64,000 bases of DNA from assembly GCA_041687695.1 (NCBI GenBank), contig JAWLBL010000017.1, positions 1-64,000 on the forward strand. Direction: 5' to 3'. A model generated the notes under the pieces. That model was not told where the DNA came from, made no database searches, and saw only the letters and a list, made by a program, of their open reading frames with translations. This document shows positions 19,563 to 32,079 of the stretch, in pieces; within the stretch, counting starts at the first letter, position 1; every line of letters begins with the position of its first letter. The stretch is from Myxococcota bacterium (GTDB lineage Bacteria > Myxococcota_A > UBA9042 > PHBI01 > JAWLBL01). A program made the position numbers and the translations under genes.

Positions 19563-20204
19563 GTGACGAGGATGAAGGCGATCGCCAAGGCCCTCCTGCT
19601 GAGGGAGTTGGGGTATGGGGGCTCGCTCGAGCAGGTCGAGCCCTTGCTCGAGGCGGCGGGGCTCAGCCGCGCTGGCAAGCCGAACATCGCGCCCGCCAAA
19701 GCGGCGGCGGTCGAGGCGCTGTTGGCCGCTCACTTCGTGCTCGTCTGCGGGCGTGGGGACTGCCGCGACACCGCCGAGAGCGAGCGGGGGACGCGTGCGC
19801 TGGCACCGGCCGCCAGCGAGGACGATTGCGCGGTCTGTGGTGGTTCCGCGACGCAGCGCGCCATCGAGGCGATGATCGCCGCCTGCTCCCAACGAGGCTG
19901 GAGGCGTCTGTGCGTCGTCGGCGGCTCGCCCAACGCCCGGGAGCGGCTCGAGTCCGGCGTCGCCGGCCGGGTCGAGCTGCGTTTGATCTCGGGCACCGAG
20001 CGACGCACCCGCTCCAGCGCCCAGGCCGACCTCACCTGGGCCGACCGCGTCGTCGTCTGGGGCAGCACGCAGCTCGACCATACCGTCAGCAATCACTACG
20101 CGGGCCGCAATGTGTCGAGCATAGCGCGGCGGAGCATTCAGGCCGTATGTGACGAAGTCGTCCGATGTGCCATGGGGGCGCGCAAGGGTGTCACTGTAGT
20201 CTGA
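19563..20204 (+). CDS. DUF2325-like protein with Cys-rich linker
   Basis: C-terminal LCVVGGS...ADRVVVWGSTQLDH resembles DUF2325, preceded by CxxxxC...CxxC. Confidence 0.65.
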   Translation: MTRMKAIAKALLLRELGYGGSLEQVEPLLEAAGLSRAGKPNIAPAKAAAVEALLAAHFVLVCGRGDCRDTAESERGTRALAPAASEDDCAVCGGSATQRAIEAMIAACSQRGWRRLCVVGGSPNARERLESGVAGRVELRLISGTERRTRSSAQADLTWADRVVVWGSTQLDHTVSNHYAGRNVSSIARRSIQAVCDEVVRCAMGARKGVTVV

Positions 20205-20477
20205 AGTCGTGCCCGCGAATTCCGCTCGTAGCCACGGGCGCACGAGGTGTCTGGGAGCGTGTGGACGCAGCGGACCTCGGTCGTGCGCGAGACGGCTGTC
20301 GGCGATGAACATCGCTTCTCCTGGGGCCAGGACCACCGGGGCAAGCTGAGCGTCCCAGCCCGGGTCACTGGAGGCCACGGCACGCGCGATGCGCGCCGCG
20401 TCGCAGCCTGTGGGCAGAGCGTGCGAGCGCCGCGCGGCGGCGGCGAGGTCGACCGACAGAGTGGACGAGCCAGTCAT
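20205..20477 (-). pseudogene. Possible remnant of a TauD/TfdA-family dioxygenase C-terminus
   Basis: VLAPGEAMFIADSRLAHDR..PRHLVRPWL resembles LxPGDxxxxxNxxxxHxR..RHLxRxWL. GGAG RBS precedes the ATG at 20477, and there is no stop before the frame runs antisense into the neighbour. Confidence 0.4.
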
Positions 20478-20553
20478 GACGGACTCCTGAAGAGAGGCCC
20501 GCCCTCGCGGAACGGGCTGCGGGCGCGGAGACCGTCTCCGCGCGCCAGGAGGC

Positions 20554-20856
20554 TCACGCCGCCCGGAAGCGGCGGAACATCGTCGCGGCATCGCAGCGAT
20601 AGGCTGCCACGACCTCCGTGCCGGTCGGGTCGACGACGGCGGCGATCTCCAGCGCGCAGGTCACCGCGAGGCCCCGCCCCTGGGCGACGCCGGCCGCCAC
20701 CGGATCCATGTAATAGATGACCTCGCCGGAGGGCAGCGGCCATACGCGTCCGTAGGCGACGGCGAGGTGCACCTGGGAGACGCGGATGTTGCGTTCGGCG
20801 CAGCGGGCGGCGGCGTGAGCGCTGAGACGGAGACGGTCGGGGTGGGGGCGCGACAT
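20554..20856 (-). CDS. DUF4258-like small protein
   Basis: LSAHAAARCAERNI..VHLAVAYGR pattern, followed by beta-strands ending VVAAYR; 100 aa. Confidence 0.7.
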   Translation of the reverse strand: MSRPHPDRLRLSAHAAARCAERNIRVSQVHLAVAYGRVWPLPSGEVIYYMDPVAAGVAQGRGLAVTCALEIAAVVDPTGTEVVAAYRCDAATMFRRFRAA

Positions 20857-20892
20857 GGGGTCCCTGTCGAAGCGGGTTCGGGCGACGACGTA

Positions 20893-21410
20893 GCGAGGCG
20901 GGCGCGCGAAGCGAGCTGACAGATGTGCTTCACCTTTCGGGGGCCGGGTGCACAGGCGGGGTCGAACCGGTGTGGCCGGGCGAACGGAGTGCTGGCAGCG
21001 TCGACTGGGCCATGTTCTGTCGAGCCGAGCGCGAGGCGGGGTCCGACAGATGTGCTTCACCCTTCGCGGTCGGGCGCACAGGTCGAGGCAATCCGCCGTG
21101 GTGGCGCGAACGGCCATGTCGGTGGGAGTCGTGAGGTCCATGCCCTGTCGAGTCGGTCGCGCGTCAGGTTCGGACAGAAACGCTGCAAGGGTCGTGACCG
21201 GGGCGACGAGGCGGAGGTCGTTCGCGGAAGGGGCGGACGGCCATCTCGGCCATGTTGGTGAGGGGTGCTACGTCCATGGTCCGTTGGGTCGGTTCCGCGT
21301 CGGGTTCTGGCGGATGCGCTGCCATGGGCGTGACCGGGGCGCCGAGGCGGACGGTCGTTCGCGGGTGGAGCGGACGGCCATCTCGGCCATGTTGGTGACG
21401 GTCGTGAGCT
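20893..21410. repeat. Two pairs of degenerate direct repeats in a long non-coding region
   Basis: gacagatgtgcttcacc occurs at ~20918 and ~21045 (127-bp period). A ~80-bp unit ending gcggacggccatctcggccatgttggtga occurs at ~21181 and ~21317 (136-bp period). Confidence 0.8.
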
Positions 21411-22391
21411 CCAGGCCCCGTCGAGCCAATCGCGGGTCGCCGGCTGACAGCAGCCGGCGAGACCGCAGCCGTCTGGGCGAAGACCCTGATGCTTTCGTAT
21501 GGAAGCGCTTCATCGATCGAGGTCTGTGCGCCGAGCCGGCGCTGCGGGCGAGTAGGTGCGGACGACCTTGCAAGCGAGCGTCTGCAAGGGCCATGACCGG
21601 TCGAGTCGGTCGCGAGTGGCCGTATGACACAAGCGCTACGTCGGTCGCGCCTGAGGCGCCGAGGACAAGGAGGTGCGGCGCAGTGCGAAGAGGACCTGCT
21701 GGCGGGATGTCGTAGGGCCAAGCCCTCGTCGAGCCGGCGCTCCGTTGGGTCGCGAGCATGGGGCCGAGGCGCAGGCGCTCGAGAGCGAGCGACGGACCGA
21801 CCGGCGGATGAGAGTCGAAGAGGCCCTGGCTGGTCGAGGCGGCTGGGGTCTGGACCTGTGACAGACGGGCTCTCGGCAGCTGTCGCCTGGGCGCCGAGCC
21901 CGCTGAGGTCTATCGTGGCGGCGTTCAGAGCGCGGGACCCTGGGTCGAGGGTGGAGGACGAACGAACCCCGGGGGGGACCGCCGCAAGCCTGATGAACCA
22001 GGAGCGGCCAGGATTCCGAAGGCGCAGCGACAGGGGCGCCGCGCCGACTTCTGGAGCAACTGTCAGACCATCGGTCCGTGAGGGCTCTACGTGAACGGCG
22101 GCCGGGGGGCAGGCAAGGGGCCCGCTCAACGACCTGGCCGCGAGCTCCACCGCCACGGGGCAGCCGCGAAGGGTGCGATGGCCCGGGCGCTCGGGTTCCC
22201 GCTTGGCAGGCAAGTGGGATGCGGTCCAGAAGCTCCAACAGAGGAAGCGCTCACCAGCGCGTCGCCTGGTCGGCGTGGGTTCGGCGGGCAAGGCACCAGA
22301 ACCAAGCGACGCGCAGCATCCAACGCTCGCGTGGCCCCCGTTGCGGGCGGCCCCGGGATGGCCCTAGCCTGAGGGCGTCGCAGGAGGCGAC

Positions 22392-23684
22392 ATGGATGGA
22401 ACAGGTCTGAAGCCTGAACGGAGGTACGTCGCGGTGCGCCGTGGCCGCGGGACGGTCGGAGAGGACGACGTCGAGGTCGACGCCGAGGCGCTCGAAACCC
22501 TGAGGCGAAAGGAAGCCGATGCTCGGCGGGCCTGCGGAGCGGTCATGAGTCAGGAAGGGACGCGAGAGGAGCTGGACGCGCTCGGCTTGGCCGAGGTCAC
22601 GGTGGGGTGCTCGTTCGCCCAGCCCGAGGGCCCCGCCGAGTCGATCGCGCGTGAGCGGGGGGGCAGCGTCGCCGACGTGGGCGACCCGGAGGCCTGGGCC
22701 GCGCCTGCGCCGATCGCGCCGCGGAGCGAACGGGCCTGGTCCACCCTCGGTCGCGCGTGCCACGACGGACGCTGGTTCGTCGCGCGTGAGCGGGGGGCCG
22801 GCGTCGCCGGTGTGGGCGACCCGGAGGCCTGGGCCGCGCCTGCGCCGATCGCGCCGCGGACCGGACGGGCCCGGTCCACCCTCGGACGTGCCTGCCACGA
22901 CGCGCGCTGGGCCGTCGTGCATCCGGCCGAGCCGGGGCGGGCCATGCACGTGCACCACGAGCGAGGGCTGCCTGGTCTACGCTGCGCGGACGATGAGGTG
23001 TGGACGGGCACAGCCGCGTCGCGCTCAGCGGTGACCGCGTTCCTCGACGACATCGGCCTCGGCATCGGCCCCCATGCTGGCGTGGCCGGGGTCGTTGCGG
23101 GTCCCGTGGACCTGGCTCCGCTGTCCGCCCCCGGCCCGCTCGAGCTGTTCGCGCGCGCCGAGGCCTGGCGCGCCGGGCTCTACGGCGAGGGGCTGGTGAC
23201 GCCGGCGCGCGAGCGGCTGGCGGTCGGGGATGAGTGGGCGCAGCTCGTCGCCGCTGGGCAGGTCGTCAGGCAGGGGGCGAGGGACGAGGGCGCCTCAGGC
23301 GAAGCGGTGGCCGCGCAAGTCTCGGCGAGATCGTCGGACGCGCGGGCGAGCCAGGCCGCTTCGGCGCGCCTCCGGGTGGCCGTGTCCGATCGCCAGGAGG
23401 CCCACGCGAGCGGGGCGACCTCGGCCGCACGGCACGAGGCCGTCCGGCACCAATCGCTGGTTGCCGTGTCTTACGCGCGCGCCGACCTCGCGAGGTTGGC
23501 GCTGCTGCTCGAGTCGGGGGACGGCGGGGACGCGGTCGCTCCAGCGCTGGCGGCGCTCGACGAGCTCGGCGAGACTTGGACTCGTGCGCTGCCCAGCGTT
23601 CTCGAGATCGTAGACGATGAGCGCCTGCTGCGCGCCTTGGTGGCGAGCCCGATGGGTTGGTCGACGGAGTCGGTTCGATGGTGA
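22392..23684 (+). CDS. Hypothetical protein with in-frame 45-aa tandem duplication
   Basis: AGGAGG RBS; 135-bp duplication at 22645-22914; its stop overlaps the next ATG (TGATG). Confidence 0.65.
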   Translation: MDGTGLKPERRYVAVRRGRGTVGEDDVEVDAEALETLRRKEADARRACGAVMSQEGTREELDALGLAEVTVGCSFAQPEGPAESIARERGGSVADVGDPEAWAAPAPIAPRSERAWSTLGRACHDGRWFVARERGAGVAGVGDPEAWAAPAPIAPRTGRARSTLGRACHDARWAVVHPAEPGRAMHVHHERGLPGLRCADDEVWTGTAASRSAVTAFLDDIGLGIGPHAGVAGVVAGPVDLAPLSAPGPLELFARAEAWRAGLYGEGLVTPARERLAVGDEWAQLVAAGQVVRQGARDEGASGEAVAAQVSARSSDARASQAASARLRVAVSDRQEAHASGATSAARHEAVRHQSLVAVSYARADLARLALLLESGDGGDAVAPALAALDELGETWTRALPSVLEIVDDERLLRALVASPMGWSTESVRW

Positions 23685-25453
23685 TGAGCGTCGTCGGGAT
23701 CCCGGTGGGGTCCACACGAGCGAGCCAGCGGCGCAAGCTGGAGCGCGTGCTCGGGGCTGGGCCCTGGTGCTGGCCCGAGGACGCCGAAGCTCGGGCGTGG
23801 CTGGCCGCGTTGGGGCTGGTCTGTCCGCCGGCCGTGGTGGTCGGGCAGGTGCCGCTGGTCGCGGTCGGCCCGGCGGGCGGCTCGCTGTGGTCCCTGGGAG
23901 GGGCAGGGGAGGGCTGCGTCACCGTGGGGTTCGGGCCCGAGGCCGAGCGCGCGTGGGCTCGGGCCGGGCGCGCGCTGGCCCGGGCCCTGCCGGTGGCGTG
24001 GCGATCGCTGCGCGACGCGGTGCAGGCGATGCCTCGCGCGACGTACCTGGGGCAGTCGGTGGTGCCCCACCAGGCCGAGCGGCCCGAGCCGCTGCTGGAC
24101 GGCGCGTCGTTCGGGTTGGCGTTCGCGATGGCGCTGACCTCGCGCGTGACGGGGCGCGCCCTGGCGGGCGACTGGGCGGCCAGCGCGTGCGTGGACGAGG
24201 AGGGGTGCCTCGGGCCGGTCGACGGCCTCGAGCAGAAGCTGCAGGTCGTGACGACGCAAGCGCCGCAGGTGGCGCGCTTCCTGGTCGCCGAGTCGCAGCG
24301 GGACGAGGCCGAGGCGCTCTCGGAGGGACGCGGCCTCCAGGTCGTCGGCGTCGCGACGCTCGCTCAGGCGCTGGTCGAGCTCGCGCCCGATCTCGAGCAG
24401 TGGATGGTCGACGTGGCGCGTCCCGAGTCGAGGCGCGAGCGCGTGGAAGCCATCCACCGGCTTGCGCTGGGCGGGCGGGCGGCGCTGGTCGAGTGGGCGC
24501 CGGTGGGGCGAGCGGCGGCGCGCATGCTGGCCGCCTGGTCGGACCTGACGCCCGAGCTCGCGGCGATGTTGCGGTTCGCCGAGAGCGTGGCCGCACGCCA
24601 TCAGGGGCTGCGGCGGCCCCAACCGCTGCCGACCCAGGCGGTGCTGGCCACGTTGCCGCAGCCTCATCGGACGCGAACGGTGGCGCACGCGGTGCAGAAC
24701 GCGGCCGACGCGGGCTGCGACGACCTCGACGCCCTCGAGGCGCTGGCGCGGGCGTACGCGCCCGAGGCGCTCGCGGACTGCTTCCCCGCCCAGCTCGAGC
24801 TGCGGGGTGCGCTGGCGAGGCTGTGGGCGGTCACCGGGCGCCCGCGAGAGGCCGCCCTGGCGCAGCTGGCGCTCGCCGCGGCCTGGACGGACCGTGGCGA
24901 CAGCGCCGAAGGGACCTACAACCTCAGCGAGCTGTTTCGGCTCGCCGGAGCGCTGCGGGACGAGTTCCTCTTCGCCTCCGCCGAAGCGGCACGCGATCGC
25001 GCCGCCACCCTCGGCGAGCTGAACCGGCTCGGGGGGGACCCCTATGTCCACGTCGCGCGTGGGCGCGCCTTGACCTTGCTGGGCCGCCACGCCGAGGCGG
25101 CCGCTGTGCTCGAGCCCTGGGGAACGCGCGCCGACCTCCCCGACCACCTGCGGCTCATGGCCCTCCGTTGGCGCGTCCGCTCCGGGCGATGGCTCGCCCG
25201 AGACGCTGGCCAGCCCATCCACGAAGAGGCGCTGGCAGCCGGGTCTCCGCGCGGCTCGCACCTGACTCGGCGCGTCCGGGCCCTGGTCGAGCTCGACGCA
25301 GCCCTGTTCGCCGGGGACACCGACGGCGCGACCCAGGCCGTGGACGCGCTGGCCGTCATCGAGCCGCAGCCGCTCTCACAGCTCCGCCGCGCCTGGCGTC
25401 CAGAGCTGTGCTCTGACCCGCTCGACTACGTCGCGCGCTTCTACCCCTACTGA
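23684..25453 (+). CDS. ATPase-less Lon (S16) protease domain fused to a helical/TPR-like C-terminal region
   Basis: LDGASFG...ASACVDEEGCLGPVDGLEQK. Ser (24107) and Lys (24236) are 43 residues apart, as in the canonical Lon of this window. Confidence 0.8.
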   Translation: MSVVGIPVGSTRASQRRKLERVLGAGPWCWPEDAEARAWLAALGLVCPPAVVVGQVPLVAVGPAGGSLWSLGGAGEGCVTVGFGPEAERAWARAGRALARALPVAWRSLRDAVQAMPRATYLGQSVVPHQAERPEPLLDGASFGLAFAMALTSRVTGRALAGDWAASACVDEEGCLGPVDGLEQKLQVVTTQAPQVARFLVAESQRDEAEALSEGRGLQVVGVATLAQALVELAPDLEQWMVDVARPESRRERVEAIHRLALGGRAALVEWAPVGRAAARMLAAWSDLTPELAAMLRFAESVAARHQGLRRPQPLPTQAVLATLPQPHRTRTVAHAVQNAADAGCDDLDALEALARAYAPEALADCFPAQLELRGALARLWAVTGRPREAALAQLALAAAWTDRGDSAEGTYNLSELFRLAGALRDEFLFASAEAARDRAATLGELNRLGGDPYVHVARGRALTLLGRHAEAAAVLEPWGTRADLPDHLRLMALRWRVRSGRWLARDAGQPIHEEALAAGSPRGSHLTRRVRALVELDAALFAGDTDGATQAVDALAVIEPQPLSQLRRAWRPELCSDPLDYVARFYPY

Positions 25454-27018
25454 GCCCCGGTCGGCACCAGCTCGACCCACGCGTGCCGCCTGGCGTTCGC
25501 CTCGGACCAGAAGCGCTTCTTGGCATCCGGGCCGCCATTCTCGACCAGCGCCCGCTCGAAGCTGGCGTCGGCGCCGAACGCACGCAATACGACCTTGTTG
25601 GGGTTGGGTATGGCCTCGAGTACGGCCACCATCTCGGTGCCGGCGTGGTCCACCGCCACGAGGGGCGCCAGGTTCAGGGCTCGGCCCGACGGCCGATCGA
25701 GCAGGACGCAGGTCTTGGAGGGCAGCAGACCGCGCCAACGCTCCAGATGCGGCCACGGCTCGCGCTCCTTGCCCCTGAACACGGTCCAATGGCCGCACAG
25801 GATCTCGTCCTCCAAGACTTCGACGGTGGGGACCTCGAGCAGCTCGTACCTCGCCAGCCACCGCAACGTGTTCAGATACTCCCGAAGGTGGTGCTCCAGC
25901 TGCTCGGCCGCGGAGCGAGTCGCCGCCGCCGAGCCGCCGAGCCGCCCGTGCGCGACGGCGTTGCGCAGCCCGACCAGGGAGACCGCGAGTTGGCGTGGCG
26001 AGGGGCCGACGCTGGGGTTCAGCCACGCTCCCAACTCGGCGAAGAAGGGGCTGGGCGCCGTCCGAGCCGCGAGGAGCTCGGCCAACCCGTCTACCGCCTT
26101 GCTCAGGTCCCCCAGCGTCGGCTTGCGCAGCGCCTTCACCAACGCCAACGCGCGCGCGTCGCATGGCCCGGCCAGGTAGTCGGCCAGCAGGAACGACGTC
26201 ATCGTCCGAAAGACGGCCTCGAGCGCCGGCTTGAGCCGCTGGATCCGCTGCTCGGGTCCGACGCTCCGGAGCACGGTGTGCCAGGGATAGGCAAGCGGGA
26301 AGGGCAGGTGCTGGGTCAGCCAGGCGTCGGCTCCCGCAGGCGACCGCGCGTTCGCGCTCCCAATGTCCTCGACCTCGCCTCTGGGTTCGCTCGATGGGAC
26401 CGCTGCCTCCGATGGTCTGGGTGGCTTCGCGGGACGAGGCCTCACCTCTCGAGCGAGCCCGGGGGCGGAGCAAGCCTCCTTGAGCGCCTCGGCAAACGCC
26501 CGGGCGCGCCTGCGGTCCTCGCCGACGCAGACGTACAGGCGCTCGACCGCAGGTCCCGGGATCCGCAGCGCCGACACCGCGCCCTCGCAGAACGCCTCGA
26601 ATCGCCTGCGGTCATCCTCGGGCCGCGCCGCCGGCTCGAAGAGCGGCACGGCGACGCTCGACGCGCTCCACTTGCGCGCCTCCTGCACCATGCTGCTCCC
26701 CGCCCGTCGCAGCGCCTCTCGGATGGCCATCTCTCGGGCGGCGTCGGGGGCACCCGCGCCCCCACGCCACTCCAAGCAGTAGTCCACCCAGAAGCTCCCG
26801 GCGCGCGTCCGCCGCGTCCGCACGACGGCGTCGCCCGGGCACTGCGGGATCTCTTTGGCCCCCGGCGCGCACCCAGCCTCCTCGCCGGCTCTCGGCGCCT
26901 GGAAACGCTCGACCAGCTCGTCCAGGTTCGCGAAGAAGCGCACCACGGCCACCGCCCCCACGGCGTCGGGCCCGCGGCTCGTCATCCGAATCGTCGTGGC
27001 CCCGATCTCCAGCCCCAT
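25447..27018 (-). CDS. Divergent Macro-like domain plus helical domain with HEPN-type RxxxxH motif
   Basis: N-terminal GDAVV...SSVAVPLF...VERLYVCV has Macro-like topology. The C-terminal part has LPFPLAYPW, KPTLG and LVGLRNAVAHG. Confidence 0.6.
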   Translation of the reverse strand: MGLEIGATTIRMTSRGPDAVGAVAVVRFFANLDELVERFQAPRAGEEAGCAPGAKEIPQCPGDAVVRTRRTRAGSFWVDYCLEWRGGAGAPDAAREMAIREALRRAGSSMVQEARKWSASSVAVPLFEPAARPEDDRRRFEAFCEGAVSALRIPGPAVERLYVCVGEDRRRARAFAEALKEACSAPGLAREVRPRPAKPPRPSEAAVPSSEPRGEVEDIGSANARSPAGADAWLTQHLPFPLAYPWHTVLRSVGPEQRIQRLKPALEAVFRTMTSFLLADYLAGPCDARALALVKALRKPTLGDLSKAVDGLAELLAARTAPSPFFAELGAWLNPSVGPSPRQLAVSLVGLRNAVAHGRLGGSAAATRSAAEQLEHHLREYLNTLRWLARYELLEVPTVEVLEDEILCGHWTVFRGKEREPWPHLERWRGLLPSKTCVLLDRPSGRALNLAPLVAVDHAGTEMVAVLEAIPNPNKVVLRAFGADASFERALVENGGPDAKKRFWSEANARRHAWVELVPTGAQ

Positions 27019-27156
27019 CCCGGCGGTCCCCCTTCAGGTCGCGTCCGCCAGTCTCGTCCGACGCCCGGAAGTCCGTCAACGCGTTCGCTCGGCTTCCGGG
27101 TTGGTCGTCCGTCCCGGCCGCGCTATACGACCCCCATCCCCCACCACGAGGCATCC

Positions 27157-27516
27157 ATGCGACCGACCATCTGGCACAACCCCCGCTGCAGCAAGTCCCG
27201 CGAGACGCTGACCCTGCTCCGCGAGCACGGGCTCGAGCCCGAGATCCGCAAGTACCTCGAGGACCCGCCCGACGCGGCGACCCTCGCCCAGGTCCTCGAC
27301 CTCCTCGGCCTCGAGCCGCGCGACCTCATGCGTCGCAAGGAGCCCCTCTACGCCGAACTCGCCCTCGACGACCCGACCCTCACGCGCGAGGCGCTCATCG
27401 ACGCCATGACCCGCCACCCGGTCCTCATCGAGCGTCCGGTCGTCCTCGTCGGCGACCGCGCCGCCCTCGGCCGCCCACCCGAGCGCGTTCTCGCCGTCCT
27501 GCCCCCCAAGGACTGA
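27157..27516 (+). CDS. arsC: Arsenate reductase (glutaredoxin-type, ArsC family)
   Basis: HNPRCSKSR, LIERPVV and GRPPE. Confidence 0.92.
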   Translation: MRPTIWHNPRCSKSRETLTLLREHGLEPEIRKYLEDPPDAATLAQVLDLLGLEPRDLMRRKEPLYAELALDDPTLTREALIDAMTRHPVLIERPVVLVGDRAALGRPPERVLAVLPPKD

Positions 27517-27576
27517 ACCGCCCGCCCATGGCGTCCCTGCCGGAGGGGAGGGACGCGGAGCGCTACCGTCTCTCGG

Positions 27577-27648
27577 GTTGGGACTCGGGAGGTCCGGGGC
27601 CGCCCTACTTGGGACCTTACTTGGGACCCCGGCTCCCGACTTGGGACC
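27577..27648. repeat. ACTTGGGACC direct repeats (x3 plus one degenerate), possible integrase arm-type sites
   Basis: Copies at 27607, 27619 and 27639, with degenerate GTTGGGACTC at 27577; 60-130 bp from the tRNA 3' end. Confidence 0.6.
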
Positions 27649-27677
27649 TCGGGGCCCGGAGCCTGGGCTTCGAAAGA

Positions 27678-27708
27678 CGAAAAGCCCAGGGGTTACCTGG
27701 GCTTTTCG
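27678..27708 (-). terminator. Hairpin/terminator downstream of tRNA-Gly
   Basis: CGAAAAGCCCAGG-ggtta-CCTGGGCTTTTCG is a perfect 13-bp stem. Confidence 0.75.
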
Positions 27709-27783
<75 letters not shown>

Positions 27784-27834
27784 GGAGGTGGCGTCTGCGC
27801 CTCGGAGGCCGGGGCCGTCGCGAGGACGAGGCGG

Positions 27835-27863
27835 TATGTAAGGCAGGGTGGCGGGGGTGTCAA
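27835..27863 (-). promoter_or_regulatory. Sigma-70 promoter of tRNA-Gly
   Basis: TTGACA-N17-TACATA on the minus strand. Confidence 0.6.
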
Positions 27864-28022
27864 CCAGAAAAATGAGCGAGGCGCGAAGCTGGCTCGTTGT
27901 CCCCAGTGATGACGCGCCAGCGGGTCGCGTGGGACGCGGCCCGGCCCGGAGGGCGACCCCGCTCTGTGCCGTCGAAGGCCTGAGGCGGGGAGGGCGAACG
28001 TCTGGAGGCCAGGGAGGCGGTG

Positions 28023-28214
28023 GCCGACCTGGTGAGGGGGCTGTTGGAGGCCTTCGAAACGATGAAGGGCCGGCGCCAAGGCCGACCCTTCGAGGTGCGG
28101 TGCGTCAGGGGCGGCAGGGAGGCGGCGGCCGACCTCGTGAGGGGCCGCTGGGGCCTTCGAAACGACGAAGGGCCGGCGCCAAGGCCGACCCTTCGAGGTG
28201 TGGTGCGTCAGGGG
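28023..28214 (-). repeat. Tandem duplication (~104-bp period) of a terminator-containing segment downstream of the kinase gene
   Basis: Hairpin gaagggccggcgccaaggccgacccttc plus cgaaacga appears twice. Confidence 0.8.
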
Positions 28215-28218
28215 CCGC

Positions 28219-30552
<2,334 letters not shown>

Positions 30553-30615
30553 GCTGACCTGCGCGATTTGATTGGGATTTCAAGCCATTACGGCTTGGCG
30601 CCGGAGGCAGCTTAA

Positions 30616-32070
<1,455 letters not shown>

Positions 32071-32079
32071 GCGCGCGCG

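Noticed and set aside
5784..19566. Very long opposite-strand ORFs (e.g. 5784-9311, 11927-16021, 15946-19566; also 33339-37640)
   Set aside because: These are antisense shadows of well-supported genes in high-GC DNA and carry no motifs.
20893..21410. CRISPR or mini-array
   Set aside because: There are only two copies of each repeat, with long irregular periods.
21460..22390. Intact sigma factor upstream of the Lon module
   Set aside because: No ORF with region 2/4 motifs was found, only vague fragments.
25483..27156. Long N-terminal extension of ArsC (677-aa ORF); likewise extended ORFs for regA, regB, ytkA, HK and NtrC
   Set aside because: The extensions overlap other genes and are low-complexity; family starts with RBS or stop-start overlaps lie downstream.
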